DNA of 64,000 nucleotides from Chiloscyllium plagiosum. Its lineage: Eukaryota. The notes under the pieces are model-generated. The model had not been told where the DNA came from, made no database searches, and was given only the letters and a program-made list of their open reading frames with translations. Position 1 is the first letter of the stretch, and each line of letters opens with the position of its first letter. Where the stretch lies: contig NC_057750.1 in the NCBI RefSeq assembly GCF_004010195.1, positions 130,734 to 194,733 on the forward strand, in the 5' to 3' direction. Both the position numbers and the translations under genes were made by a program. Positions 48,150-60,368 of this stretch are shown here, piece by piece.

Positions 48150-49260
48150 CAGAACATAGAACACAGAACAGTACAGCCCCTTCCACCCATGATGTTGTGT
48201 TGACCATTTATCTTAATCTAAGATTGACCTTACCTACACACTCCTCAATTTACTGCCGTCCATCTGCTTGCCCAGCAGTCACTTAAATGTCCCTAATGTT
48301 TCTTACTCTACTAGCACTGTTGGCAGTGCATTCCACACACCCACCACTCTCTGTGTAAAGAACCTACCTCTGACATCTCCCCTGTAGCTTTCTCCAATCA
48401 CCTTAAAATTATGATCCCTCATGATAGCCATTTCTGCCTTGGGGAAAAGCCTCTAGCTATCTACTCTCTCTATGCCTCTCATTACCTTGTACACCTCCAT
48501 CAAGTCACCTCTCTTCCTTCTTCTCTCCAGTGTGAAAGCTCCCTCAACCTCTCTTCGTAAGACAAGCCCTCCAATCCAGGCAGCATCCTGGTAAACCTCC
48601 TTTGCACCCTCTCTAAAGCATCAACATCCTTCCTGTAATGAGGCGACCAGAACGGAACACAATATTCCAAGTGTGGTCTATCCAGGGTTTTATAGAACTG
48701 CAGTAAAACCTCGCTGCTCTTAAACTTAATCTCCCTGCTATTGAAAGTCAACATAACATACACATTCTTAACAACCCCTTCAACCTGGGTGACAACTTTG
48801 AAGGATCTATGTAAATGGACCCCAAGATCCCACTGTTCCACCACACTGCCAAGAATCCTGTCTTTAACCCAGTATTCAGCATTCAAATTTGACCGTCAAA
48901 AATGAATCACTTTGCATTTATCCAGGTTGAACTTCACCTGTGACTACTCAGCCCAGCTCTGCATCCTATCAAAGTCTTGTTGTAGCCTGCAACAGCCCTC
49001 GATACTTTCTACAACATCACCAACCTTTGTGTCATCTGCAAACGTACTGACTCACCCTTCGAATTCTTCATCCGAATCATTTATAAAAACTACAAAAGCA
49101 AAGTCCCAAGAACAGATCCCTGCAGGACCCCACTGGTCACCCACCTCCAGGCGGAGTACTCTCCATCCACTACCACTCACTGTCTTCTTTCAGCCAGCCA
49201 ATTCTGTATCTAGACAGCCAAATTTCCCCGTATCCCATACCTCCTAACTTTCTGAATGAA
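48150..49260 (-). mobile_element. CR1 LINE 3' fragment
   Basis: FADDTK, LEYCVPFWSPHYRKD, and a tail repeat at 48150-48170. Confidence 0.93.
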
Positions 49261-50792
49261 CTATGTATACAGCAAATTCTATGACATTTGGTGTATGAAT
49301 TATTTCAAGATAAAACATAGCTTAAATTTATGTTGGTCTTTCAGAGACTGGTCAGAATTTTAATGATCAGACCCTCTCACAGTGGGCTGGGCTAACTCCG
49401 CTTTGGGTACCTGACAATGTATGAACTGAATGTTCCCACAACTTCCAGCGTGCCGCTTTCTGAGCTGATGTGATCACACGCTACAGCAGATTGGAGAAAC
49501 CCCTTACTTCACTCATATCATTCTTGACAGGGCCTCACACATGCTGGTGACAATATCTTTGCAAAATGTAGAATGTTAAAGCATGGGAAAAAGAAGAGAC
49601 CAAAGAAGAGAACTGCAGTAAATCACTTGAATGGATTAAACCTCTAAAATGAATGGACAGTATTTTCCCTATAATGTGGCACCACAGTCCTAACAGACCA
49701 TAGGGTTGCTCTCTCATTTGCAAGAGACTAATGGTGGTTTAAGCTGAGGGACGCCATGCCTCAAATGACTCCCTCATGGTAACACCAGGATTTGAACCCA
49801 TGCAGTTGGTAACACTCTGTATCACAAATTAGCTAACTGAGCTAACTGACCCCCAATGGCTGATGTTTTCACAAAGGACTCTCCATCCCAGCCTTGCTCC
49901 TTGCCTGAGACGTGGTGACAATACCGTTAAACTCGCCACCAATTGTCTCTCTTTGTCTAATGATAGATTGGTTAAATGATCCTTTGGGACTATGGCAACT
50001 TTATCTTTAAAGTCTCACTTAGAGACTCCATTCCCTCTACCTCTCAGCCATTTGGAACATTAATGATTAATCTGCATTGAGCTCAGTGAATCTTTTTTAT
50101 TTGTTCTTATCTGCCTGTATACTTTCCTCCCTATAGTTAGACTCTTAGACAATGTGGCTGAATCCAGGTCCCTCTCATTAGACGCTGGGACAAATCTTTC
50201 CTGTATTCTAGTTAAAAATAAAACTGTTCAGAGCACTTTATGACGTTAATATAATGTGAACGAGGAATAGAGGTTAAAATAAGTTCAAACTAGTCTGCCT
50301 TAGAATAAACTCACCCCAGTGGAAGAAGCACAATATCTGATTGAATTGCATTACATCAGAATTTAGGTAAATGTTGTCCTGTTGTCTTAACTGTCTTGAC
50401 ATTTACTTGTCTCGAATGTTCCTGCAATAATATTGTTACAATGTGAGGAATGAGTAATTCTAATATTTCCTTGTAATACACATTAAGCACTTACATAATT
50501 AATATTTATTTATCCTTGCAATCCATTAACTTCTCAAGAAAATATAAAAATACGCTTTGAAATGCAGGGCATGATCAAATTGAAAATAGGTTCAATGTTC
50601 TAACTCCTTATTTAAAATGAAATTTTTGCAGGGATACTCTACCATGATTAAAGTTTTGATGTTAGCTGCCACAGATTCTTTCAAAAACCTTCCTTAGAAA
50701 AGTAGTTGAGCAGCTAAGGTTTCTATGCCTGAATAGATTTTGGAGAATTATTTCTTTGAACATGGGCATCACTAGCTAAGCCAGCATTTATT

Positions 50793-50930
50793 AGGTAAAA
50801 ACAATAACTGCAGATGCTGGAAACCAGATTCTGGATCAGTGGTGCTGGAAGAGCACAGCAATTCATGCATTTTGCTGCTCGTTGGATGCTTCCTGAATTG
50901 CTGTGCTCTTCCAGCACCACTGATCCAGAA
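50793..50930. mobile_element. Short inverted-repeat element with 15-bp TSD (Penelope-terminus-like)
   Basis: Perfect arms ttctggatcagtggtgctggaagagcacagcaattca / tgaattgctgtgctcttccagcaccactgatccagaa. TSD aagccagcatttatt at 50778-50792 and 50929-50943. Confidence 0.85.
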
Positions 50931-50994
50931 GCCAGCATTTATTGTCTATTCTTAATTGGATGGATGTCTTGTTGGATGTCTTCAGTCCTTGGGG

Positions 50995-51346
50995 TATAGG
51001 AGGCTGATGTGAGAACTGACAGAAGTATATAAAATTATGAGAGGCATAGATAGGATGGATATTCACAGTTTTTTTCCCAGAGTAGAAATGTCAAATACTA
51101 GGGGGCATAAGTTTTTTTATGCAGAGGGTGGTAGGTGCCTGGAATGAGCTGGCAGGAGAGGTGGTAGAAATAGACATGATGGGAATATTTAAGAGGATTT
51201 AGACAGACACATGAATAGGCAGGGAATAGAGGGATCCACACAATGTGCAGGCAGTTTGATTTAGGTTAGAATGGCATCGTGGTTGTTACAGACAAAGGTG
51301 GGCCAGAAGGCCTATTGCTGTGATGTTCTATGTTTCATGTTCTATG
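50995..51346 (+). mobile_element. CR1 3' end fragment
   Basis: EVYKIMRGIDR relic, cagagggtggtaggtgcctggaa, and a tgttctatg tail. Confidence 0.85.
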
Positions 51347-52589
51347 CCCTAACCTCAAATATTGGTTGTGACTTCTGGGTTGGAGAAGATAATTTAACCA
51401 ATTGGACAGCCGACCATCAAATTCACGACCCAAACCAACATTTCAGCTCAATAACTACTCCTCACCTGTAACACCTCCCAGTTCTGGTGGTAAGTCACAG
51501 GAAACAGTAACATTGATGGACCAAGTTGCCCACTGCTGTTCCTTGAATGTATATTTGTGACTCTGTTGCTCTCTCCATAGATGATGCCAGACCTGCTGAG
51601 GTTTTCTGGCACTTTCTGTTTCTACTATCTCCATCCTTGGAAAGAAAATAACCTTTAACCAGTTTGTCTCCTCACAGAATTAAACATTGTGTTGTAATCA
51701 GTGCATCCCACTAGGTACAGCTCTTGCCATTAACGCAAGCAGGAATATGTGTCAAGCAAGCAGTCAATTATTCAGGTAGTTAGGAATTATCAAATTCATT
51801 ATTAAAGGAATGCATATGTAATTAAGCAAATTGTAAAAAAGGAATTAGCTGTAGGAATTGGATAGGAGTGCAGTGTATCTTAATGAGCAGTCAGACCTTA
51901 TTAAATGGAATCTGTTTGAGTGAGGTCAGCAGAGTGCCAGCAAATTGATTCAGCACCAAGGACAGCAGAAAGATTTCATTACCTTTGGTGAGACATAGCT
52001 GCTTGTTGGAAGTTGGGCTGAAGGTTAGATTCTGAAGCCATTGATTTCCAGCATCAGGGCCTGAACAGAGTCACGATGGCTAGCAGAGTCAAACAGCCTG
52101 TTTCCTGCACATGAAGCAAGACACAGTTGGTTAGCCACTAGCTGTGGAACATGATTCATTGGAAAAAAATCAGGAGATAAAATTGAAAATAAAGCCATAC
52201 ATTCAAATATTTTGATAACTGTTTGAATCACATTTCTGTGGATTATAACCTGGGGGAAGCCAGCATTATTTGGTCAACTAATTACTAATTATGCAATTGC
52301 AGTGCTCTAATATAACCACAAATAGGATCACTGACAGCAAATGCTTTCTCTTGTGGTGTTGAATTAAACTAGGGGAATTGGCAGATCTAATTTGTGATTC
52401 TCATTCTAATTTTCCCACTTGACACTCCTGGTACTGCACAGTAAACAAGCTCAGAATCTTAATGAACCTGACCAAACATCAGAAATGTCATGTTAGCCTC
52501 TTCATGTATTTGTCAAGGAAACTGAAAATGGAGGAATCAAGCAGCCGGTGGGTTCATCCGTACATTTCTCACAGAATTGCTTATTTTTG

Positions 52590-52925
52590 TTCATTCATAG
52601 GATGTGGGTATTGATGACTGGGCCAGCACTTATTGTCCATTTCTGTTTATTGAGAAGGTAGTGGTAAACTGCCTTCTTGAACTGCCGCAATTCATGTGCT
52701 GAAGAAGACCCATAATGCTGTTAACAAGGGAATTCCAGGACTTTAAACCAGCAATAGTGAAGGAATTTCCAAGGCAGGATGGTGAGGGTCTCAGAAGGGA
52801 ACTTGCAGGGGATGGTGTTCCCATGTATCTGCTGCCCTTGTCCTCAATGGAAGTGGTTATGGGTTTGGAAGCAGAGGTTTAAAGAACCTTGATGAAGTCT
52901 TGCAGTGCATCTTGTAGATAGTACA
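52590..52925 (-). mobile_element. 3' end of the LINE family at 12320-13982 (further fragment 56600-56810)
   Basis: Reverse complement of 13735-13980-like sequence (tctacaagatgcactgca..cttccaaacccat..cagatacatgggaacacca). Confidence 0.75.
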
Positions 52926-53764
52926 CTCGAGTACCGACTTTCTCATGTCATGACAAAATTCACATTCCCTGTGAAGACCCAGTTTGAGGGGAGGTTAGCT
53001 CCTGTTAATGGAACATTCTCCCATTTCTGAGAATCACAGTCAACATTTTGGACTGTTAGAACCAAAGCTTATTAAAATGCTTTTAAAAGTGCATTAAAGA
53101 TTCCAGAATGTTTTTTTTCCATAATAGCTAGTTTTTAAATTTAATAGCCAGGAGGAATAAACAACGGCCCAATGTTTTAAAATTCAAGAAAACAGTCAAA
53201 ACACAATTGAGATAAAACACAAGCTGCAAATTACTAATATAAGTCAAGCTTCCCGTGTTATGGAACTGGATTATGGGTCAAATAAGACTTTAAGCTTTCA
53301 TGATGATAAAATCTCGACCAGCTATTATGACAGCAAAATCCATTTATAGTAAATGTGGATGGATTGTCCACTGCACAGTACTGACTGTTAACATTAATGT
53401 TTAACGTACTACAGTACCACCACTGGATGACCTAGAACAAATGCTTTAAAATCAGACTGAAACATGAAGTAGCTGATGCTAAAATACAAATTTTCAGGCA
53501 GGTCTAAATGATGTGTTGTAATTATTTATAAGTAATATTGGTAACAGTACTGAGGCCGTTGTACAGGCACCTTACTGTGGATCCTGCCATTATAAATGAA
53601 AGCCAAAACACTAAGAGGACTCTGCATATGTGAAGAGATCAAAGGACAATTATTCTCAGAACTTTGCAACAAATCAACGTTTTCACACTTACACTTATAT
53701 ACAAAGATCTAGAGGTGCAGATTAAGTTAGGTGCAGAACAAAGTTCCCTCTATTCTTTCAAACT

Positions 53765-54010
53765 GAAAGTAAAGCATCCTCTGTACTGTCCCCTAAAAAT
53801 ACTCCCAGGATAGAGACAGCACAGGGTTACATACAGAGTAAAGCTCCCTGTATATTGTCCTTATCAAACATTTCCAGGACAGGGACAGCATGGGATTAGA
53901 CACAGAGTAAAGCCCCATCTACATTGTCCCCCATCAAACACTTCCATGGCAGGACAGCACAAGGTTAGATGCAGAATAAAGCTCCCTCTGCATGGTCCCC
54001 ATCAAATATT
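53765..54010. repeat. ~67-bp tandem repeat, ~3.5 diverged copies
   Basis: Unit similar to cagagtaaagctccctctacactgtccccatcaaacactcccaggacagggacagcacagggttagata. Confidence 0.85.
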
Positions 54011-54059
54011 TTAAGTGTAGGGCAGTGTATATACTCTGTGCCGTGCTGGAGCTGTGAAT

Positions 54060-55686
54060 GACAATGTTGTTGAGGAGAATACTGAGATACAGGCTATTAG
54101 GCTAGGCAGGATTGAGGTTCACAAGGAAGAAGTGTTAGCAATTCTGGAAATGTGAAAATAGATAAGTGCCCTGGGTCAGATGGGATTTATCTCAGATTCT
54201 CTGGGAAGCTAGAGAGGAGATTGCAGAGCCTTTTGCTTTGATCTTTATGTCATCATTGTCTACAGGAATAGTGTCAGAAGACTGGAGGATAGCAAATGTT
54301 GTCCCCTTGTTCAAGAAGGGGAGTAGAGACAACCCGGGTAATTATAGACCAGTGAGCCTTACTTCAGCTGTGGGTAAAGTATTGGAAAAGATTATAAGAG
54401 ATCGGATTTATAATCATCTAGAAAGGAATAAATTGATGAGGGATAGTCAACATGGAGTAGTCGTGCCTCACAAACCTCATTGAGTTCTTTGAGAAGGTGA
54501 CCAAACAGGTGGATGAGGGTAAAGTGGTTGATGTGGTGTATATGAATCTCAGTAAGGTGTTTGATAAGGTTCCTTACGGTAGGCTATTGCAGAAAATGTG
54601 GAGGCGTGGGATTGAGGGTGGTTTAGCTGTTTGGATCAGAAATTGGATAGCTGAAAGAAGGCAGCGGGTAGTGGTTGATGGGAAATGTTCATCCTGGAGC
54701 TCATTTACTAGTGGTGTGCCACAAGGATCTGTTTTGGGGCCACTGCTGTTCGTCATTTTTATAAATGACCTGGATGAGGGCGTAGAAGGATGGGTTAGTA
54801 AATTTACAAATGACACTAAAGTCAATAGCGTGTAGACAGTGCAAAAGGATGTTTCAGGTTACAGAGAGACATAAATAAACTGCAGAGCTGGGCTGAGAGG
54901 TGGCAAATGGAGTTTAATGTGGAAAAGTGTGATGTGGTTCACTTTGGAAGGAGTAACTAGAATGCAGAGTACTGGACTAATGATAAGATTCTTGGTAGTG
55001 TTGATGAACAGAGAGATCTTGGTGTCCATGTACATAGATCCCTGAAGATTGCCACCCACGTTAATAGGGTAGTTAAGAAGGTGTATGGTGTGTTAGCTTT
55101 TATTGGTAGAGGGATTGAGTTTCGGAACCATGAGATCATGGTGCAGCTGTACAAAACTCTGGTGCGGCTACACTTGGAGTATTGTGTACAGTTCTGATCA
55201 CTGCATTACAGGAAGAATGTGGAAGCTTTGGAAAGGGTGCAGAGGAGCTGTAATAGAATATTGCCTGGTATGGAGGGAAGGTCTTATGAGGAAAGTCTCA
55301 GGGACTTGAGGATGTTTTCGTTAGAGAGAAGTTTAAGAAGTGACTTAATAGTCACGTACAAGATGATCAGAGGGTTAGATAGGGTGAAGAGTGAGAGCCT
55401 TTTTCCTCAGATGGTGATGGCTAGCACGAGGGGACATAACTTTAAATTGAAGGGCGATAGATATCGGACTGATGTCAGAGGTAGGTTCTTTATTCAGAGA
55501 GTAGTAAGGGCATGGACTGCCCTGCCTGCAACAACAGTAGACTCGCCAACTTTAAATGGTCATTGGATAAAATATGGAGGATAATGGAATAATATAGGTT
55601 AGATGGCTTCAGATCAGTTCCATAGGCCAGTGCAACATCGAGGGCCGAAGGGCCTGTACTGCGCTGGAATGTTCTATGTTCTATGT
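54060..55686 (+). mobile_element. CR1 LINE, 5'-truncated (RT to 3' tail)
   Basis: [39 protein letters not shown], and a tgttctatgttctatg tail. Confidence 0.95.
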
Positions 55687-56899
55687 CCCTGCTCTAGACC
55701 TGTTCATTTCCCAGACTCAGATTCTGAAATAGAGGATTTAGTTCCCTGAGTGTGAATATCCTTTATTTTGACAAATGCAGCAATACACACAAATAGAAAG
55801 ACTTTTATTACGTTTCTCCAGTGGCTGCTCATTGTTTTCATAAACACAGAATTTCCACATTAAAAGTTGCTTCTTCTCTGGCAGCCAATTAAAAATGGAT
55901 TTATGAGGAGATACTGAAGAGTAATTGCATGTTAAATATCGCAAAGAGCTCATATGTGAAATATCATGGAACAATTCATGCTGTCAAATATAACAGCACA
56001 ATTTGTGTCTTAAATATCATGAACAATCTGTATGTTAAAATGCTGTCTTTCATAACCTGCAACAAATCCTTCAACATCCTATTTATGAGAATAAATCTGC
56101 ATTGGAAAATTAGCTGCTCCCTTGTCGTAGTCATACAGTGATCGAACTCCCACAGTGCAGAGCCCACTCTTGGGAGAGCAAGATGGAGATTGATTATTAA
56201 AAAGGATGGTCCTGCCGCTAATTGGACAGAAAAGTGTTTGGAGGAATATAACACACTTCATATGCATCAAATCTTTTCAGTTATCTTTAAAATATGAACT
56301 CCATGCTCATCAAGGTGAAGAATGCAAGTTCTGGGATTTAAAATATATTCTCCTGTGGATTCAGGGTTAAACACAGTCCAGGTTTGGATTCACCATTTCA
56401 TTTCTGCCAACAATAAGTTTTTGCAGGAATATCTTCATGTCTTTAACATCCATCCATTTACCATGCTGCCTATCTCACCAGTGTTCAGGGGGTTGAACTT
56501 TCACCACTCAATTAGAGGATCATGGATTCAGGTCACCCTCGAGGACTACGAATGGCATTTCAGTGCAGTGTTGCGTTGTCAGAGGTGCTCTTATGCTAAT
56601 GGTAATGACCTCAGGAGGATATAACAAATACACTTGTTGGCATGTGGGGAGTATCCTATCATACTCCTGACTTGTGCCTTGTAGATGATGGACAAGCTTT
56701 GGGGGAGTCAGGTGATGAATTACTCTCCAAGCCTCTAACCTGCTCTTGCAGCCATTGTGTTTTTGTGACAAGTTCAATTGAGCTTCTGGTCAATGGTAAC
56801 CTCCAGTTTGCCCTCTGATGATGTCAGACTGAACTGACCTACTGATAATTATTTGGTTTATTCCTCAAAATCTTTCTAAACAATAGTTCAAGGTTTTCA

Positions 56900-57800
56900 G
56901 ATCTCCAGTACTCTGATATCTCACCTCTAGTGGGGATTGAAAGATTATCCTCAGAGATTCCGCTATTTCTTCTAAAAAGAAACAAATCCTTCCCTCCTTA
57001 GGATACAATTCATCCAGCCCAGGTGACCCATCCATTCTCAAATATGTAAATTCCTCCAGTAATTCCCTTCTTATTTTATCTCATCTTTCCCCCTCCTCCT
57101 CTTTAACAAGAACCTCCTCTTTAATGAGCATGTCTGCATTATCCCTCACTTTTCTGAGAATAGAGACAAAGCTCTCATTTAGCAACCTTGCCCACATTTT
57201 CTGCACAAACATGTAAGTTACATCTCAAGTACATTTCTGAAGGGGATGAGACTTTCCTTCATTACCCTTGAGCGTTAATGTACTGATAAAAACACCTTTG
57301 GATTTTCTTTTATTTTACCTAATTTCCTAAATTTTTTTTAACTTCACTATGCTTTTCACTATCTCCAGATTTTTATGACTGTCAAACAAATCTATTTCTC
57401 TGCTTTGTCTTCTGTTGTGTATCTCTAGATAACCACGGGACTTTAGATTTGGCTGTGCCACCCTTTCTCTTTGGCAGAAGGTCTCTACACTGTCCCTTTG
57501 GAAACTCACTTTTGAATGTCTCCCACTGTTTTGTCACTAGCTTTCCCTCAAACAGTTATGTCCTGTCCACTTTTATTGGATAACTCCATTGTTTTGTAAC
57601 ATTTGTCTTCTCCAATTTACACTTTATTTTCCAGTTTTATCTTTATCTTTTTCCATAATGATGCTAAATCTAACTATATTATGGTCACTCCAAAATGGTT
57701 ACCTACTGTTACTTCATCCACCTGCTCAGCTTCAGTTCCTCACACTAATTCTAGAACAGTACCCTATCTTATCGGGTGAAATTTATTAACTCGTCAGAAA
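56900..57800 (-). mobile_element. Highly decayed CR1-like relic
   Basis: Minus-strand remnants of GSPGLDEL.P (KSPGPD-like), K.NPK.F (aaatccaaaggtgtttt) and SDHN (agtgaccataat). Confidence 0.55.
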
Positions 57801-58849
57801 TCCATAACTACTTTTCGAAACCTCTCTCCATCTATCCATAAAAGTTTGCTCACAATTACAGGCAACCTTCAATTGCAATAAAAGATGAAATAATAATTAT
57901 GAATTATAGTTTCAGAATTAAACATTGTGCAGTGCTCTGAACTTTATAATTGCTGTGTTGTTGTTGATTTTGTTTATTGTCTTGGTGTATGGAGTTTTAA
58001 TTTTGAATTAACTCAAGTATTGTGAAGAATTCCCTTTATATGTTGGTGATATAATCATTTTCACGTTATGTTTTCTTTTGTCTTCCAGGGAGCCATACTG
58101 AATAGTTATGTATCTGTAGGCCTGTTCGGCCCTTATACCTCTTGGCAACTCCTACTTAATTAAAAGGTCCTTAACAAATCTAAATCCTTTAAAGAGCTGG
58201 TTGCTGCTCTTGTAGGTTCTCTCAATATTGCCTGTTTCCCTTCATTTCCCTTACCTCACTGCCTTTGACAAGCACAGGGGAATGTAGGCCCGAGGCTTCA
58301 AGTCTTGCATATTTCAGGCTGTTCAGAATGCAAAGTCAAGTAATTAATCTCACAATGACTGTTTGTCTTGGCAGTTGGGCCTTGATTTGATTTTGATTTT
58401 ACTACCTCTTAATGAAGAAGAGACATATTTCCCCTATTACTGTCACAGAGAAACTGGTACAGATTCTAATCTAACACTGTATATTGTTTAAAAGGAACAA
58501 TTTTAAAATATATCTGAGTAATGATGTCAAACTGGGAGTTGGATGACAGTAATTTAGGGATTGGGACTGGGTAATGAAGGATGACGGTGTTGTTAAGCAC
58601 AAAGGAACCAATAACAATGTACTGAATTCACCATTAATGCTTTACATGAAGAGATGCAGAAAAATCAAATAATATTTTTCTTACAGTAAGGTTCATAAGA
58701 AGTTGAATATTTTTCTTTTGTTTTGATGAGCGAGGACTGGGGTGGGTGGAGATGGAACTCTCAGCTCCCCCAGAACACATCACTCAAGAAAATGCTGACA
58801 GGATTCTGTACCTTGGTTTTCAGTTTGCATTCATGCAATGCTTGCGAAC

Positions 58850-59450
58850 CCAATGGATCATCACTTGTCACATTGAACATGTCACATCACACTGTGGCTG
58901 GCTTTTATTAATAAGGAAAGGCTCCATTCAGTCAATGGCCCCAAGTCATTGGTGATCATTGATATCAATCACAGACATCTGTGGCAGTTATCCTGAGAGC
59001 TGCCCTGGTGCCTATATCCTGGAGAATTCTCCAGCTCCCATCCAGGCTCCGGTCCAGATGCCTGACCGGGATAGTCATCTCATTTGATTAACATGGCTCA
59101 TAGTTCTGCTTTGCAGCCCCCCCCCCACCAACTGATGCTGAGAGCAGGGACACTGGAGCTCATTCCGCCCCCAGGATGGAACAGACAATAGCCCTCATGA
59201 AGAGGAGGTGCTGATTCCTGGATTGGTCTGGGGACATGAGTGGAGGCCCTTGCAGTACAGTGTAGATTGAGTGTTCAGCATTACCCAGCACAGCTGGAGT
59301 AGGCAACGAGGGGAGTGTAATGGTGTTGAAGGGAGGGGGTAGCAGTCTTCTGAGGATGAAGACGAGGAGGAACACCACCTTCAGTAGGATGGAGCACAGC
59401 AGCATCAGGGGCGACAAGCCCAGATGGAAACTAATCAACCGTAGGCTCTA
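58850..59450 (+). pseudogene. PIF/Harbinger DDE transposase relic
   Basis: Frameshifted RKG-HSVN, ITDICGSYPESCPGAYILENS (cf. V.ARYPGS.HDA.IL.NS), and an acidic C-terminus SSEDEDEEE..ARWKLINRR. Confidence 0.65.
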
Positions 59451-59879
59451 CTTTGGGTGAAGTGAAAATTCACTGATTGTAAATTTGTTGCTGTTAGAAA
59501 GGCAAGCAGGCCATGTTTATCCTCAAAAGCAACTGCAGCTTTTATGTGTGTTGTGTATTCACTGTTTGTTGTGTAATAAATGTTCACATTAACAATTGTT
59601 TGAATTCATTTCAACATCTGAAGTTCCCACACTCAGTAATGACAAGACAGCCTGTAGTTGTGGGTGTGAGGGAAAGTGAAGCATTCCTTCAGACACGACT
59701 CATGTTTCATGGTGCTCAGGGCAAGCAGCCTCTGTATTTCATTCTTATAGCTGCAGCTAAACTGACAATCAATCAGACAAGTGATGATTTAAATATTTAC
59801 AATAAAATGTCACATGTGCCCGCTGTACGAACAATGGAAGTTTCTGGCATGGCACACTCTGTCAGGATAATACTGGGGG

Positions 59880-60330
59880 TCTGTCCCAGACCAGTCCAAA
59901 AAGTGGTTCCACGTCATCAGCCTCTCCATTGCCTGCTCCACCACAGTCCTCAGGCAACATTATATCTGCTCACTACATGAGGCAGGTGATTGTACAATAG
60001 TGTCGTAAGCATTGTCGTAGCCCTCATCTCCCAATAACCAGCCTGGCCGCTTAAACACAGCACGTACTGGGGATTGCTCCATGATGTAGTAGATGTACAA
60101 ACTGACAGAGCTCTGGGTACAAATCTCCAGGAGATGGTAACAGTGATGACAGATCACCCGAACATTAATGGAATGGAAGCCCTTTCGGATGATGAAATTT
60201 GAAGCATTGTGGTATGGCCTTCTTTGTGTGACTGGTGGAATAGGGACCCTGATGGACAGAACCCCCACCTCCCCAATGAATGAACTGAGGACAAGCCCCA
60301 AGAGATTCCACCAATGCCAATTGGTTTAAT
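59880..60330 (-). pseudogene. PIF/Harbinger DDE transposase relic (HARBI1-like family)
   Basis: FIIRKGFHSINVRVICHH..LLEIC and GWLLGDEGY match the Harbinger NRKGFHS.N.Q..CD and GWLLGD.GY motifs. Confidence 0.75.
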
Positions 60331-60368
60331 GAGCGTGCTGTGTGTTTGCTGCTGCCACGTGCTTTCGA

